From: Salinivirgaceae bacterium
Lineage (GTDB): Bacteria > Bacteroidota > Bacteroidia > Bacteroidales > SZUA-534
Reading direction: 5' to 3'
DNA: 64,000 nucleotides
NCBI GenBank assembly: GCA_017645945.1
Contig: JAGCNL010000053.1
Location: 7,816-71,815 of the forward strand
Shown: positions 43,683 to 54,442 of the stretch, in pieces
How the letters are laid out: every line of letters starts with the position of its first letter
How positions within the stretch are numbered: the stretch's first letter is position 1
Program-made: the position numbers and the translations under genes
The notes under the pieces: model-generated
The model's input: the letters and a program-made list of their open reading frames with translations, nothing else
The model's database searches: none
What the model was told of the DNA's origin: nothing

Positions 43683-45230
43683 GTGAATAAGGAACTGGTT
43701 ATCAGTGCAACACCGTCAGAGGTTGTCATTGCGCTGGTTGAAGACAAAATACTGGTTGAACTGAACAGAGAAAAGACCAACACCAATTTTTCTGTCGGCG
43801 ACATCTATTTGGGCAAGGTGAAGAAAATCATGCCGGGACTGAACGCCGCCTTTGTTGATGTTGGCTACGAGAAAGACGCTTTTCTGCACTATCTTGACTT
43901 AGGACCGCAATTCCGTTCAATCAACAAGTTTGTGCAAAGCTCCATTGAGAACAAGAATCCGCTGAAATCGATTGCCAATTTCGACATGGAAGAGGAAATC
44001 GACAAGCACGGAAGAATTAATCAGGTGCTACGCGACGGACAGACCATTCTGGTGCAGATTGCCAAAGAGCCCATCTCGACAAAAGGTCCGCGTTTGACGT
44101 CGGAAATATCGATTGCCGGGCGTAATCTGGTGCTCATCCCCTTCTCTGACAAGGTTTCAGTGTCGCAGAAAATACAATCGCAGGCAGAGCGCGAGCGGCT
44201 GCGCAAGATGGTGCAGAGCGTGAAGCCGAAGAATTTCGGTGTAATTGTGCGCACCGTGGCTGAAAACGCCCGTCTTGAAGATCTTGACGCTGAAATCCGC
44301 GAACTTGCTGAAAAATGGCAGTCTGCCTTTGCGAACATCAAAAGCCAGCCGCCGAAACTTCTCATTGGCGAACTTGATCGCACAACAGCCATGCTCCGCG
44401 ATATGTTCACGCCCGAGTACAACAACATCTACGTGAACAATGCCAAGTTGTACGAGGAGACAAAGGAATACATCCGCAACATTGCCCCCGACTGCGAAAA
44501 AATCGTAAAACTCTATGATGGCACTCGCCCGATTTTTGAGCATTTCGGACTCGAAAAGCAGATAAAATCGCTGTTCGGCAAGACTGTGGCAATGCAAAAA
44601 GGCGCCTATCTGGTCATTGAACGTACTGAGGCACTGCATGTTATCGATGTGAATTCGGGCAACCGCACACAAAATAACACCAATCAGGAGGAGAACGCCA
44701 TAGATGTGAATATGGTGGCTGCCGCCGAAATTGCACGCCAGCTGCGCCTTCGCGATATGGGCGGAATCATTGTCATCGACTTCATTGACATGCACACAGC
44801 CGAAAACCGCAACAAACTGTATGAGTACATGAAAGAGTGCATGCAGAACGACCGTGCGCGCCACCATGTGCTGCCACTCAGCAAATTCGGTCTGATGCAG
44901 ATTACGCGCCAAAGGGTTCGCCCGGAGACAACAGTCCGCACGCTTGAGAAATGCCCGTCGTGCAATGGCACAGGCGAGGTCACTCCCACTTTCCTGCTGA
45001 TTGACGAATTGGAGAACATTATCTGCTGGGGGCTTAAAGCATACAAAAACAAACGGATAACGCTGGCCGTTCACCCGTTCATTGCCGCCTATCTGAACAA
45101 AGGTCTATTCTCAATCAAACACCATTGGAGGCGCAAGTACCTGCATCGTCTGAAGGTTGTAGCTACAAGCTCATACGCGTTCCTTGAGTATGCGTTCCTT
45201 GACAAGGACAACGAGAAGATTTATTTGTAG
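43683..45230 (+). CDS. rng: ribonuclease E/G family (RNase G)
   Basis: 515 aa ORF with a GTG start. S1-like N-terminus (GDIYLGKVKKIMPGLNAAFVDVG), ALHVIDVNSG, and a CPSCNGTG zinc link. Confidence 0.88.
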   Translation: MNKELVISATPSEVVIALVEDKILVELNREKTNTNFSVGDIYLGKVKKIMPGLNAAFVDVGYEKDAFLHYLDLGPQFRSINKFVQSSIENKNPLKSIANFDMEEEIDKHGRINQVLRDGQTILVQIAKEPISTKGPRLTSEISIAGRNLVLIPFSDKVSVSQKIQSQAERERLRKMVQSVKPKNFGVIVRTVAENARLEDLDAEIRELAEKWQSAFANIKSQPPKLLIGELDRTTAMLRDMFTPEYNNIYVNNAKLYEETKEYIRNIAPDCEKIVKLYDGTRPIFEHFGLEKQIKSLFGKTVAMQKGAYLVIERTEALHVIDVNSGNRTQNNTNQEENAIDVNMVAAAEIARQLRLRDMGGIIVIDFIDMHTAENRNKLYEYMKECMQNDRARHHVLPLSKFGLMQITRQRVRPETTVRTLEKCPSCNGTGEVTPTFLLIDELENIICWGLKAYKNKRITLAVHPFIAAYLNKGLFSIKHHWRRKYLHRLKVVATSSYAFLEYAFLDKDNEKIYL

Positions 45231-45250
45231 ATAACGATAGAACGACAAAA

Positions 45251-45277
45251 AGCACGGAAGTTATCCGTGCTTTTTTT
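45251..45277. terminator. bidirectional intrinsic terminator between convergent genes
   Basis: AGCACGGA-agtta-TCCGTGCT flanked by A5 upstream and T7 downstream. Confidence 0.75.
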
Positions 45278-45311
45278 ATGTTTCACGCATAGCGCTTCGC
45301 TCTCGCTTTTT

Positions 45312-46517
45312 TCAATCCTTCAATTTGATTTTCAGCAAAATACTGGCAGCGTCGCGCTCCTCAGGCTCCAAACTTTTGATATAATCGGCATTCTGCTCCA
45401 GATAGGCGCGATATTCGGCCCGGGTTTTCTGCAAACGGGCGTCCAAAAGGTCGTCGTGGCCATCGAGAATGTTGGCAATATCGGAGTTTTTGCATTTTGC
45501 GTAGAGATATTTTCCGTCGGTTTGGAAAACTTCAGCCTTCTTGAAAAGATTGAGCAAAAGACCAGTGGCCGACTCCTCAAAATCTTCGTCTATCTTGATT
45601 GACACAACGTTGTTTGTGCGCTTGTCGAGCAGCAGGCGGTATCGTGATTTGTCGTAGCTGTAGATGAAAGTCACAAACTTGCCCGATTCGCCCAGACCGT
45701 TAAAATTTCCATCGTATTCATACAGGTTGAAAAAATTGTCGTTATCAATCATTTCTTTAACAATTTTCAGCGTCATCGGGTTGGGTAGCACAAATTCGAT
45801 GCTTTGCTCCGTTTCGCCGTAAACTGTGAATAAATGGTTGTCGTACATAACAAAGAAACGAACGGTGTCACCGTTGGCATAGTAGTCCGGCGCAGGACCA
45901 AACGAAATAAAGAAGTTGCTCTGCGGAACCGTAAAATGCTTCGACTTGACGTTGAACTGACTGTCTGTCAGATATAAAGCAGGGGTGGTGTCCGACGCAA
46001 AACTGAACGGAGTAACCAATGCGTAACCGCCGTTGCTCAACCTCAGTATGATGTAATTCATAAACGACTCGTCTAGCTCGAACTTTCTGCCCAAAAAGGC
46101 GCATTTCTGATTGTATTGGCCGATGACGCGCTTGTGGTCGCAAACGCAGAGTGTATCGCCAATGCAAAATATTGAGCTCAAATAGTTTATTTCGCCTGGG
46201 CCGTTGCCTTTGATTGTGCGGCCCGATATTTTCTCACCCGTTTTGTTGTCGAAACACAGCAATTCTAATCCTCTGTTTTCCACCATATAAGTGTAGTTGT
46301 CGGCAAATGCCAAATGTTGATAACCGGCAAGCGACCATTTGTCGTCCATTTGCAGATTCATTACCGAGATTGACTCGATGTTTGCGGCAAATGCCTCTTT
46401 GTCAACTGTTCCAGGAAGTTCAACGCTTGTGGGAACTACAGTTGAGTTATTTTTGCTGTTGCAGGCGGTCATAAGAGCCGCCAGCGCAATGGCGGTAAAG
46501 GTGAGTTTGTTCCTCAT
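45312..46517 (-). CDS. lipoprotein, probably of the 6-bladed beta-propeller family common in Bacteroides
   Basis: Probable start MRNKLTFTAIALAALMTAC (ATG 46515-46517); the track ORF extends to 46676. Family assignment is from general resemblance only. Confidence 0.45.
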   Translation of the reverse strand: MRNKLTFTAIALAALMTACNSKNNSTVVPTSVELPGTVDKEAFAANIESISVMNLQMDDKWSLAGYQHLAFADNYTYMVENRGLELLCFDNKTGEKISGRTIKGNGPGEINYLSSIFCIGDTLCVCDHKRVIGQYNQKCAFLGRKFELDESFMNYIILRLSNGGYALVTPFSFASDTTPALYLTDSQFNVKSKHFTVPQSNFFISFGPAPDYYANGDTVRFFVMYDNHLFTVYGETEQSIEFVLPNPMTLKIVKEMIDNDNFFNLYEYDGNFNGLGESGKFVTFIYSYDKSRYRLLLDKRTNNVVSIKIDEDFEESATGLLLNLFKKAEVFQTDGKYLYAKCKNSDIANILDGHDDLLDARLQKTRAEYRAYLEQNADYIKSLEPEERDAASILLKIKLKD

Positions 46518-46707
46518 AATTGAAAGTTTTTGAATGTTTATGTTATTTGTTGATTGTAAACACACAACAAATTTATTGATATCTACTAAAAAAACAATAG
46601 TTGGTTGGCTATAATTGGCAGTTGGGATTGATTGGATGAAAAAGGCTACCTCATAAAAATAGGAAAACCCCTGCAAACAATTGTCTGACAGAGGTTTGAA
46701 AAACTTG

Positions 46708-46781
46708 TGACCCCGGCGGGATTCTAACCCACAACCTTTTGATCCGTAGTCAAATGCTCTATACAGTTGAGCTACGGGGCC
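46708..46781 (-). tRNA. tRNA-Arg (anticodon ACG)
   Basis: Minus strand GGCCCCGTAGCTCAACTGTATAGAGCATTTGACTACGGATCAAAAGGTTGTGGGTTAGAATCCCGCCGGGGTCA. Anticodon stem TTTGA/TCAAA with loop CTACGGA. Confidence 0.88.
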
Positions 46782-46793
46782 CTAAAGCGGTTG

Positions 46794-46801
46794 CAAATAT
46801 A
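46794..46801 (-). promoter_or_regulatory. candidate -7 box (TATATTTG) for tRNA-Arg
   Basis: Minus-strand TATATTTG lies 13 nt upstream of the tRNA 5' end. Confidence 0.5.
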
Positions 46802-46871
46802 GATGTTTTTTCAATTGGTGCAATTATCGAAATATCTTTTTTAAAATATTTTTTAATTCATTGCAGCACAA

Positions 46872-47756
46872 TTATTTAACTGCATCATTCAAGGCTTTTA
46901 TCTTCGCATAAAGCGTGTCACTCACCGTTGCAAGCGGCAGACGAACGATATTTTTTGCTTTGCCTTGCAGTTCAAGATAGGCTTTTACGCCCGACGGACT
47001 GCCTTCGGCAAACAGTGTGTCGATTATCGGCAGGAACTTCAGATGTTGCTCACGAGCCTCGCTGAAACGGCCTTCCAAAGCCAAATTGACAACTTTGCTG
47101 AACTGAGCTGGGAATGCGTTCTGAAGCACCGAAATCACGCCCGAGAATCCGCACGCGATAAGCGGCAGAGTCAGCGCATCGTCACCCGAAATCAGGATGA
47201 AATCCTTCGGGCATCGTCTGGCAAGCTGCATACACTGAGCCACGTTGCCTGAAGCCTCCTTCACTCCCACAATGTTGCGGCAGTCGTTAGCAAGGCTCAC
47301 AACCACATCGGGCGAGATGTTGATGCCCGTGCGGCTTGGCACGTTATATAGAATTATCGGTTTATCAACATTGTCGGCCAAAGCCTTGAAATGGGCGTAC
47401 ACGCCGCGCTGGTTGGGCTTGTTGTAGAACGGCGCAACCGAAAGCAGAGCCGCGATTTTGTCGTTTTTGGCATATTCCTTGGCCTGTGCAATCACGTCGG
47501 CAGTGTTGTTGCCGCCACAGCCCACCACAATCGGAATGCGTCCGTCAACCTTGCTGATAATGAAATCGAGCAGCTCGTCTTTTTCTGATTTTGAGAGAGT
47601 TGCTGGTTCGCCTGTCGTGCCCAACGCCACAATATAGCTTGTGCCGCCCGCCACTTGCGACTCAATAAGGTTTTCGAGAGCCTGATAATCTATTTTTCCA
47701 TCGGAACCGAATGGTGTGACCAATGCCACGCCCGTTCCTCGCAATTGTTGCATCAT
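46872..47756 (-). CDS. dapA: 4-hydroxy-tetrahydrodipicolinate synthase
   Basis: 294 aa ORF. GTGVALVTPF, GTTGE, and the active-site Lys context VGVKEASGN. Confidence 0.92.
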   Translation of the reverse strand: MMQQLRGTGVALVTPFGSDGKIDYQALENLIESQVAGGTSYIVALGTTGEPATLSKSEKDELLDFIISKVDGRIPIVVGCGGNNTADVIAQAKEYAKNDKIAALLSVAPFYNKPNQRGVYAHFKALADNVDKPIILYNVPSRTGINISPDVVVSLANDCRNIVGVKEASGNVAQCMQLARRCPKDFILISGDDALTLPLIACGFSGVISVLQNAFPAQFSKVVNLALEGRFSEAREQHLKFLPIIDTLFAEGSPSGVKAYLELQGKAKNIVRLPLATVSDTLYAKIKALNDAVK

Positions 47757-47764
47757 ATTGATAA

Positions 47765-48301
47765 TCAGTTAAATTTCTTTAGATAAAATTGTATCTGTTC
47801 AAAATAGTATTTCGCGTCTTTTGTGTCGTCGATGCTCAACATCAGATCGAACGGCTGACGGTCGGCAAAGTGGCCGATGCGGAACTTCGCGGCTGTCCGA
47901 TGCAGCATCAGCCTTGTCGGATAGTAATCGGCCGAATTCAAGTCGATGAGAATGTCGAACGCTGTTGCCTCGAAATCGGCCACCATACTGCTTTTGGAGC
48001 GGTACATAAAGTCAAGGTCGGCATCGGTGAACAGGTTGAAATGGCACTGCTGCTGATAGGCCGAAAGTTCCTTGCGGTTTGGCACGTAGCCCAAAGCCGT
48101 CACACCCGCCTTGAAAGCCGAGAGCTGGCTGTAGGCGTAGTTGGCGTCGGCAATGTCGGAATCTGACGAAACGGCAAACAATAACCCCACTCTTGCGGCC
48201 TTCTCGAGCGGGCAAGGCACGGCCACACGATTTTGTACATCGTGCTCACCAACAAAGAGTTGGCTCAATTTCAGCCGAATAGGATTGTACCGTTTCTGCA
48301 T
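47765..48301 (-). CDS. conserved hypothetical protein
   Basis: 178 aa ORF between secA and dapA on the same strand. No family recognised. Confidence 0.5.
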   Translation of the reverse strand: MQKRYNPIRLKLSQLFVGEHDVQNRVAVPCPLEKAARVGLLFAVSSDSDIADANYAYSQLSAFKAGVTALGYVPNRKELSAYQQQCHFNLFTDADLDFMYRSKSSMVADFEATAFDILIDLNSADYYPTRLMLHRTAAKFRIGHFADRQPFDLMLSIDDTKDAKYYFEQIQFYLKKFN

Positions 48302-48308
48302 AATGCTG

Positions 48309-51300
48309 TTATTCAGGCAGATTCATTCCGTGGCAGTTTTTGAACTTCTTGCCGCTGCCGCAGGGGCACGGGTCGTTGCGGCCAACCTTCTTGTCCACTC
48401 TCACGGGCTGTACTTTGCGGTCCTCGGGGCGTTGGCCCTGTCCTTGCTCGGTGCGGCCTGTGTTGAATCGGCTCATATCGAGTTGGCGGCGCTGCTCAAC
48501 CTGACGAACCTGCTCGGGGTCCTGATTTGGCAGATTGCCCTTCATAATTATCGAAACAAGTTCGGAATTTATCTTCTCAATCATCGCCTTGAACAGGTTG
48601 AACGACTCGAATTTGTAAATCAAAAGCGGGTCTTTCTGCTCGTAGGTGGCGTTCTGAACCGATTGCTTCAGGTCGTCCATCTCACGCAAGTGCTCGCGCC
48701 AAGCGTCATCAATAGTCAAAAGGCTGATACTCTTTTCGATAGATGTTACCAAATCTTTGCCTTCCGACTCGTAGGCGCGTTTCAGATTGGTGACGATGTT
48801 GTAGGTCTTGCGGCCGTCGGTAATCGGAATCACAATGTTGGTATATGTCTGACCTTGAGTCTCATACACGTTCTTGATGACAGGCCAAACGCGCTGCTGT
48901 ATCTGCTGCGATTTGCGTTTGTATGCGTCGATGGCAGCCTGATAGAGTTGGTTGGCCAGTTCGGCGGCACTCTCGCGGTTGAAGGTTTCCTCATCAAACG
49001 GCGTGTCAATTGAGAGCGTGCGCACGTTCGAGAGTTTCAGTTCCTCGTAGTCGTTGGCGTCCTTGTACTCGTTGGCCATCTGCTCGCACACATCGTAGAT
49101 GTTGTTCACGATGTCCACCTGCAGGCGGTCGCCGAACAGAGCGTGGCGGCGGCGCTTGTAGATAACCTCGCGTTGGTTGTTCATCACGTCGTCGTACTCG
49201 AGCAGGCGCTTACGGATGCCGAAGTTGTTCTCTTCCACCTTCTTCTGCGCGCGTTCGATTGATTTCGAAATCATTGAGTGCTGAATAACCTCGCCTTCCT
49301 CAAGTCCCATCTTGTCCATCAGGCCTGCAATGCGGTCAGAGCCGAAGAGTCGCATCAGATTGTCCTCGAGCGAAACGAAGAACTGCGACGAACCAGGGTC
49401 GCCCTGACGACCTGCACGGCCACGCAACTGACGGTCGACGCGGCGCGACTCGTGGCGCTCGGTGCCCAGAATGGCCAGACCGCCCGCCTCACGCACTTCA
49501 GGCGTCAGTTTGATGTCGGTACCACGGCCCGCCATATTGGTGGCGATGGTCACCGTGCCGCGTTTACCAGCCTCGGCCACAATCTCGGCCTCACGTTGGT
49601 GCTGCTTGGCATTCAGCACGTTATGCTTGATGCCGCGCATTTTCAGCATTCGGCTCAAAAGTTCTGAAATCTCGACCGATGTGGTACCCACAAGCACAGG
49701 GCGGCCTGCCTCGTTGAGTTTCACAATCTCGTTGATGACGGCGTTGTACTTCTCACGGGCCGTTTTGTAAACCAAATCGTCGTAGTCGATACGCTGCACG
49801 GGGCGGTTGGTCGGGATGACCACAACATCGAGTTTGTAGATGTTCCAGAACTCACCAGCCTCGGTCTCTGCGGTACCAGTCATACCCGCAAGTTTCTTAT
49901 ACATACGGAAATAGTTCTGCAGCGTAATGGTTGCGTAGGTCTGCGTTGCGGCCTCGACCTTCACGTTTTCCTTGGCCTCGATGGCTTGGTGCAAACCGTC
50001 GGAATAGCGGCGGCCTTCCATAATACGGCCCGTCTGCTCGTCAACAATCTTCACCTTGTTGTCCACAACCACATACTCAACGTCGCGCTCAAACATCGCG
50101 TAAGCCTTAAGCAACTGATTTATAGTGTGGATACGCTCGGTTTTTATCGAGTAATCCTGCAGAAGTTTGTCTTTTTTCTCAACAAGTTCGGCTGTTGGCA
50201 GATTCTGATGCTCAAGTTCGGCAATCTCGGCGCCGACATCGGGCATCACAAAGAAATTCTTATCTTCCAAATCGCTCGAAATCAAATCGATACCTTTATC
50301 TGTAAGTTCGATGGCGTTCTGCTTCTCTTCAATGATGAAGTAAAGGTCATCGGTGATAAGGTACATATTCTTGCTGTTGTCCTGCATATAGAAGTTCTCG
50401 GTCTTCTGCATCATCACCTTCACGCCAGGCTCGCTCAAATAGCGGATGAGCGGCTTGTGCTTCGGCAGACCTTTGTTTGCGCGCAGTAGCAGTTTTCCGC
50501 CCTCTTCCTCGTTGCCTTCGGCGATGAGTTTCTTGGCGTCGGCCAGAAGTTTCGTAACCAGGTCGCGCTGAGCCTGATAGAGTTTCATCACCTGCGGCTT
50601 GAATTGGTCGAACAGTTGGTTGTCGCCCTTTGGCACGGGGCCCGATATAATAAGTGGTGTACGGGCGTCGTCAATCAACACCGAGTCCACCTCATCGACG
50701 ATGGCGTAGTTGTGGCGGCGCTGCACAAGGTCGTCGGGGCTGATGGCCATATTGTCGCGCAAATAGTCGAAACCGAACTCGTTGTTGGTTCCGAAGGTCA
50801 CATCGGCCTGATAAGCCTTGCGGCGCGGCTCGCTGTTGGGCTCGTGCTTGTCGATGCAGTCCACGCGAAGACCGTGGAATTCGTAGAGCGTGCCCATCCA
50901 TTCGGCGTCACGTTTTGCCAGATAGTCGTTCACTGTGACCATATGCACGCCTCTGTGTGTCAGCGCGTTAAGGAACACGGGCAGAGTGGCCACAAGTGTT
51001 TTACCCTCGCCAGTGGCCATCTCGGCAATCTTGCCTTTGTGCAGAGCCACACCGCCGATAAGTTGCACGTCGTAGTGCACCATATCCCACGTGATGGGCG
51101 AGCCGCCAGCGGTCCAGGTGTTGAACCAGATGGCCTTGTCGCCGCGGATTTCAACGCTGTCGCGGACGGCGGCAATGTCGCGGTCGAACTGCGTTGCGGT
51201 AACCTCGACCTCTGTGTGCTCTTTGAACCTGCGCGCGGTGTCCTTGATAATGGCAAAGGCGCGCGGCAGCAGTTCGTCGAGCACAACGGCTATTTTCTCA

Positions 51301-51593
51301 TCAATGGCCTCTTCGAGTTTATCTATCTGATTGTAAAGACCTTCCTTCTTCTCGATGTCTTCCTCTTGCTCAATCTGTTGGCGCAAATCGGCAATCTGCT
51401 TGTTCTCATCGCTTATGCGGTCTTGTATAATCTGCTGAAGTTCAATGCTTTGCTGGCGCAACTCATCGTTCGAGAGATTAGCCAGTTTGGCGTACTCCTC
51501 GTTGGCTGCGATAACGTATGGCATTATCTCTTTGATGTCCCGGTCGGATTTGTTCCCGAACAATTTTGTCAGGAACCCGTCAATTATTCCCAT
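48309..51593 (-). CDS. secA: preprotein translocase ATPase SecA
   Basis: 1094 aa [27 protein letters not shown], and the C-terminal zinc-binding motif [14 protein letters not shown]. Confidence 0.97.
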   Translation of the reverse strand: MGIIDGFLTKLFGNKSDRDIKEIMPYVIAANEEYAKLANLSNDELRQQSIELQQIIQDRISDENKQIADLRQQIEQEEDIEKKEGLYNQIDKLEEAIDEKIAVVLDELLPRAFAIIKDTARRFKEHTEVEVTATQFDRDIAAVRDSVEIRGDKAIWFNTWTAGGSPITWDMVHYDVQLIGGVALHKGKIAEMATGEGKTLVATLPVFLNALTHRGVHMVTVNDYLAKRDAEWMGTLYEFHGLRVDCIDKHEPNSEPRRKAYQADVTFGTNNEFGFDYLRDNMAISPDDLVQRRHNYAIVDEVDSVLIDDARTPLIISGPVPKGDNQLFDQFKPQVMKLYQAQRDLVTKLLADAKKLIAEGNEEEGGKLLLRANKGLPKHKPLIRYLSEPGVKVMMQKTENFYMQDNSKNMYLITDDLYFIIEEKQNAIELTDKGIDLISSDLEDKNFFVMPDVGAEIAELEHQNLPTAELVEKKDKLLQDYSIKTERIHTINQLLKAYAMFERDVEYVVVDNKVKIVDEQTGRIMEGRRYSDGLHQAIEAKENVKVEAATQTYATITLQNYFRMYKKLAGMTGTAETEAGEFWNIYKLDVVVIPTNRPVQRIDYDDLVYKTAREKYNAVINEIVKLNEAGRPVLVGTTSVEISELLSRMLKMRGIKHNVLNAKQHQREAEIVAEAGKRGTVTIATNMAGRGTDIKLTPEVREAGGLAILGTERHESRRVDRQLRGRAGRQGDPGSSQFFVSLEDNLMRLFGSDRIAGLMDKMGLEEGEVIQHSMISKSIERAQKKVEENNFGIRKRLLEYDDVMNNQREVIYKRRRHALFGDRLQVDIVNNIYDVCEQMANEYKDANDYEELKLSNVRTLSIDTPFDEETFNRESAAELANQLYQAAIDAYKRKSQQIQQRVWPVIKNVYETQGQTYTNIVIPITDGRKTYNIVTNLKRAYESEGKDLVTSIEKSISLLTIDDAWREHLREMDDLKQSVQNATYEQKDPLLIYKFESFNLFKAMIEKINSELVSIIMKGNLPNQDPEQVRQVEQRRQLDMSRFNTGRTEQGQGQRPEDRKVQPVRVDKKVGRNDPCPCGSGKKFKNCHGMNLPE

Positions 51594-51837
51594 ATATTAT
51601 TTTGTAATTATTTGTTTATCAAATGATTAATTATTAAATACATATTTTTTGCAAATACGGCAAAAGTAAAAGATTTTTGGCACGAAAATCCGTTTTTAGA
51701 AAATAGTAAGCATATATTTCATATGTATGGATTTTGAACGCCAAATAAAGCGTTGGCACACGAAAGGTTTAATCCGTTTTCCTCGCATGCAAATAATAAA
51801 ATAGTGTCGCTTTGTGCGAATCCGTTGGGGCAATGCT

Positions 51838-52536
51838 CTACCCTTTCACCCCAAGAATATACCCCGTTCCGTGCACGTTGGTAATCTCAATGTTCGGGTC
51901 GGATTTCAGGTATTTGCGCAGTTTGGTGATGAAAACGTCCATACTGCGGGCGGTGAAATAGCCAGTCTCGCCCCAGATTTTCTCAAGCGTCAGATTGCGG
52001 TCCACCACGTTGTTGACGTTCTGATTCAGGAAGTAAAGCAGGTCGGCCTCTTTGGGCGAGAGTTTGGTTTGCGAACCATCTTCAAACGTCAGGGTGCGGT
52101 TCTTCACGTTGAACACATAGCGGCCAATCGTCAGTTCTTCGACGGAATTATCGAGCTGCGGGCTTGCAGGCGTGCGCTTCAGAATGGCTTTTATCTTATA
52201 GATAAGCAGTTCAGAATCAAATGGTTTGGTGATATAATCGTCGGCACCAATCTTGTAGCCTTTAATCATATCTTCCTTCATATTCTTGGCTGTCAGATAG
52301 ATAATCGGTATGGCAGGTTTCAACTGCTTGATTTCGGCACCAATGGTGAAGCCGTCGACGTGGGGCAGCATCACATCCAAAATGCAAAGGTCGAACTGCC
52401 CTGCCTTGAAGGTGGACACTGCGTTCAGGCCATCATCGACAAGCGTAACGTCCAATTCGTTCATTTCCAGGAACGAACGCAGCACCGAGCCGAAATTCAC
52501 ATCGTCCTCAACCAAAAGAATCTGTTGCTTTGACAT
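51838..52536 (-). CDS. OmpR/PhoB-family response regulator (RprY-like)
   Basis: 232 aa ORF. Receiver domain (ILLVEDD, LDVMLP, KPF) plus a winged-helix C-terminus. Downstream of its kinase. Confidence 0.9.
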   Translation of the reverse strand: MSKQQILLVEDDVNFGSVLRSFLEMNELDVTLVDDGLNAVSTFKAGQFDLCILDVMLPHVDGFTIGAEIKQLKPAIPIIYLTAKNMKEDMIKGYKIGADDYITKPFDSELLIYKIKAILKRTPASPQLDNSVEELTIGRYVFNVKNRTLTFEDGSQTKLSPKEADLLYFLNQNVNNVVDRNLTLEKIWGETGYFTARSMDVFITKLRKYLKSDPNIEITNVHGTGYILGVKG

Positions 52537-52548
52537 ATCTATAAGTAT

Positions 52549-54123
52549 TTATGATTCAACGTTTTCATCGATTGTCGGCAGCCAGATTTCGAAGGTGCTC
52601 CCCTCGCCTTTCTGACTCGACACTTTGATTTCGCCCTTGCACGAGAGCACAATGGCCTTCACGTAACTCAATCCGAGCCCGAACCCTTTGACAGTGTGCA
52701 CGTTACCCGTCGGGTGGCGGTAGAACTTCTCGAACACCTTCTCCTGCGTCTCCTTGTCCATACCTATTCCCTTGTCGCTCACCGAGATAAGCAGGTCGGT
52801 GCCAATGTTGCGGGTGGTGACGGTTATGTCGGGCGGCGTATCGATTGAGTATTTATTGGCATTATCCAACAGGTTGTAAATCACATTGATAAAGTGCGAT
52901 TGGTCGACGCGGGCAAAATCGTTTTTGGCATTGTTGACAAGTTTGATTGTGCCGCCACGGTGCTCAACCTGAAGGCTGATATTGCTCACCGCCTTCTCAA
53001 TAAACGGCTGAACGTGAGTGGGTTGCAAGTTCAGATTAAAATCTTTCTTGTCGAGCATCGACATTTGCAGCACCGTCTCCACCTGACGGTTCATTCGGCG
53101 GTTCTCCTCCTTGATAATGCTTGTGAAACGCTGAATTTTCTCGGGGTCACCAATCACCGACGGCGACGTGATTGAATCGGCAGCCAACTGAATTGTGGCC
53201 AGCGGCGTCTTAAACTCGTGCGTCATATTGTTCACAAAATCGGTCTTCACCTCCGACGTGCGTTTTTGATCAACCATTGTGCGGATTGTCACCCAAAATG
53301 TTATCAATATGATAGTTGTGAACAAAACCGAGCCCCATATTGGCAGCATCACCGAACTGTAAATCACGTTGCGGCGGTCGGGAAAATAGACCGAGAGTTT
53401 CTCGTCGTGCTGCGCGAAATCGTTGGGAAACAGGCTTGTTTTGAATGTCCGCTTCTGACTTTTGTAGCCCTTCGATTTCAGATTCTCATACGGCACACCC
53501 TTGCTGTCGGTGACGGCGAACTCAAACGGAAGGTCGATGCCCGCGTTGCGGAACTCAAAGGCCAGCGTGGGCTTGATGGTTGTGAAATCGACGCGCTCGC
53601 TGATTGGGCGGTCCTTGATGTTGAACTCGAAAAGCATCTGCTCCATCAGTTGCTCCATCCCCGCGCGCCCCCATCCGCCTCGGCCCTCGGGCTGAGTAAC
53701 CGACGAGTAGGCTTGGAACGACACATTTCCGCCATCGACAACGGTATCAATCTGATAACTAATGGTTTCCGTATTGCCATTCCTCTCCTTTTTCATCTTC
53801 GAAAGGTCGATGACGTGCTCCTTGCTGCGGTTGCCGAAATCGCTCAGCGTCATAATGAGCGATTCCTCCTGACGGTTGCGAGCCTTGCCTGCCATTCCCG
53901 ACATAAAGTTCGATATGAAAAATGCATTCTGATTGCGCTCGATGCGGAAAGCCGCATTCTGCAAGGCAAAGTTGACGTGCTGCGCAAACTGCTCGTCGCG
54001 CACCGAGATGGCCTTGCGAACCCAGAAAATCTGCACGGCGATGATGCCAAAAAGCGACACTATCATCAGTGCCAGAATGCCCGAAAAACGTTGTCGTTTC
54101 ACTGCTTTAGAATTTTGATTCAA
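52549..54123 (-). CDS. sensor histidine kinase (RprX-like)
   Basis: 524 aa ORF with two TM segments. H-box MTHEFKTPLATI and ATPase motifs (DKGIGM, GFGLGLS). Confidence 0.9.
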   Translation of the reverse strand: MNQNSKAVKRQRFSGILALMIVSLFGIIAVQIFWVRKAISVRDEQFAQHVNFALQNAAFRIERNQNAFFISNFMSGMAGKARNRQEESLIMTLSDFGNRSKEHVIDLSKMKKERNGNTETISYQIDTVVDGGNVSFQAYSSVTQPEGRGGWGRAGMEQLMEQMLFEFNIKDRPISERVDFTTIKPTLAFEFRNAGIDLPFEFAVTDSKGVPYENLKSKGYKSQKRTFKTSLFPNDFAQHDEKLSVYFPDRRNVIYSSVMLPIWGSVLFTTIILITFWVTIRTMVDQKRTSEVKTDFVNNMTHEFKTPLATIQLAADSITSPSVIGDPEKIQRFTSIIKEENRRMNRQVETVLQMSMLDKKDFNLNLQPTHVQPFIEKAVSNISLQVEHRGGTIKLVNNAKNDFARVDQSHFINVIYNLLDNANKYSIDTPPDITVTTRNIGTDLLISVSDKGIGMDKETQEKVFEKFYRHPTGNVHTVKGFGLGLSYVKAIVLSCKGEIKVSSQKGEGSTFEIWLPTIDENVES

Positions 54124-54159
54124 ATTTAGTCAAAAGCCGGTTTGTTCCAGTTGACTTTG

Positions 54160-54167
54160 CAAATTTA
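54160..54167 (-). promoter_or_regulatory. candidate -7 box (TAAATTTG) for the kinase-regulator operon
   Basis: Minus-strand TAAATTTG lies 37 nt upstream of the ATG at 54123. Confidence 0.45.
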
Positions 54168-54194
54168 TCGTTCCTGCTCCACTTTCCGCGTGGT

Positions 54195-54231
54195 TTAACG
54201 TTTCGTTAACTCTTTTTAACAGCGCCTTAAC
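54195..54231 (+). promoter_or_regulatory. four phased TTAAC boxes between divergent promoters (candidate response-regulator site)
   Basis: TTAAC at 54195, 54206, 54216 and 54227 (spacing 11, 10, 11). Same as at 7521-7557. Confidence 0.5.
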
Positions 54232-54253
54232 CAGCGCGAGCCGTTTGCCAACA

Positions 54254-54261
54254 TACATTTG
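54254..54261 (+). promoter_or_regulatory. -7 box TACATTTG of sRNA copy 2
   Basis: Identical octamer to copy 1. The flanking TTTGC-N5-TACATTTGCA is conserved. Confidence 0.55.
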
Positions 54262-54267
54262 CAACGT

Positions 54268-54378
54268 CTGATTAGGACAATATTTTCTTCATAATAGGTT
54301 TTTAGTTGCTATGCGGACTCCCCGTCCGCCAAAATCAGAAACGGCTTCCGACTCCCCATCGGTGGCCGTTTCACTTTT
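54268..54378 (+). ncRNA. candidate small RNA, copy 2 (paralog of 7381-7486)
   Basis: Contains GCGGAC-UCCCC-GUCCGC (54312-54328) and a terminator-like hairpin AACGGCUUCCGA-CUCCCCA-UCGGUGGCCGUU (54340-54370), followed by UCACUUUU. The boundaries are inferred. Confidence 0.55.
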
Positions 54379-54382
54379 ATCC

Positions 54383-54420
54383 AAAAAAAGAAGACACAAA
54401 CCAATGCAGCTTGTGTCTTC
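54383..54420 (-). terminator. intrinsic terminator after the 54443-55210 gene
   Basis: Minus strand GAAGACACAA-gctgcattggt-TTGTGTCTTC (10-bp perfect stem) followed by T7. Confidence 0.8.
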
Positions 54421-54442
54421 TGTAGTGGAGAACAATCTCACT

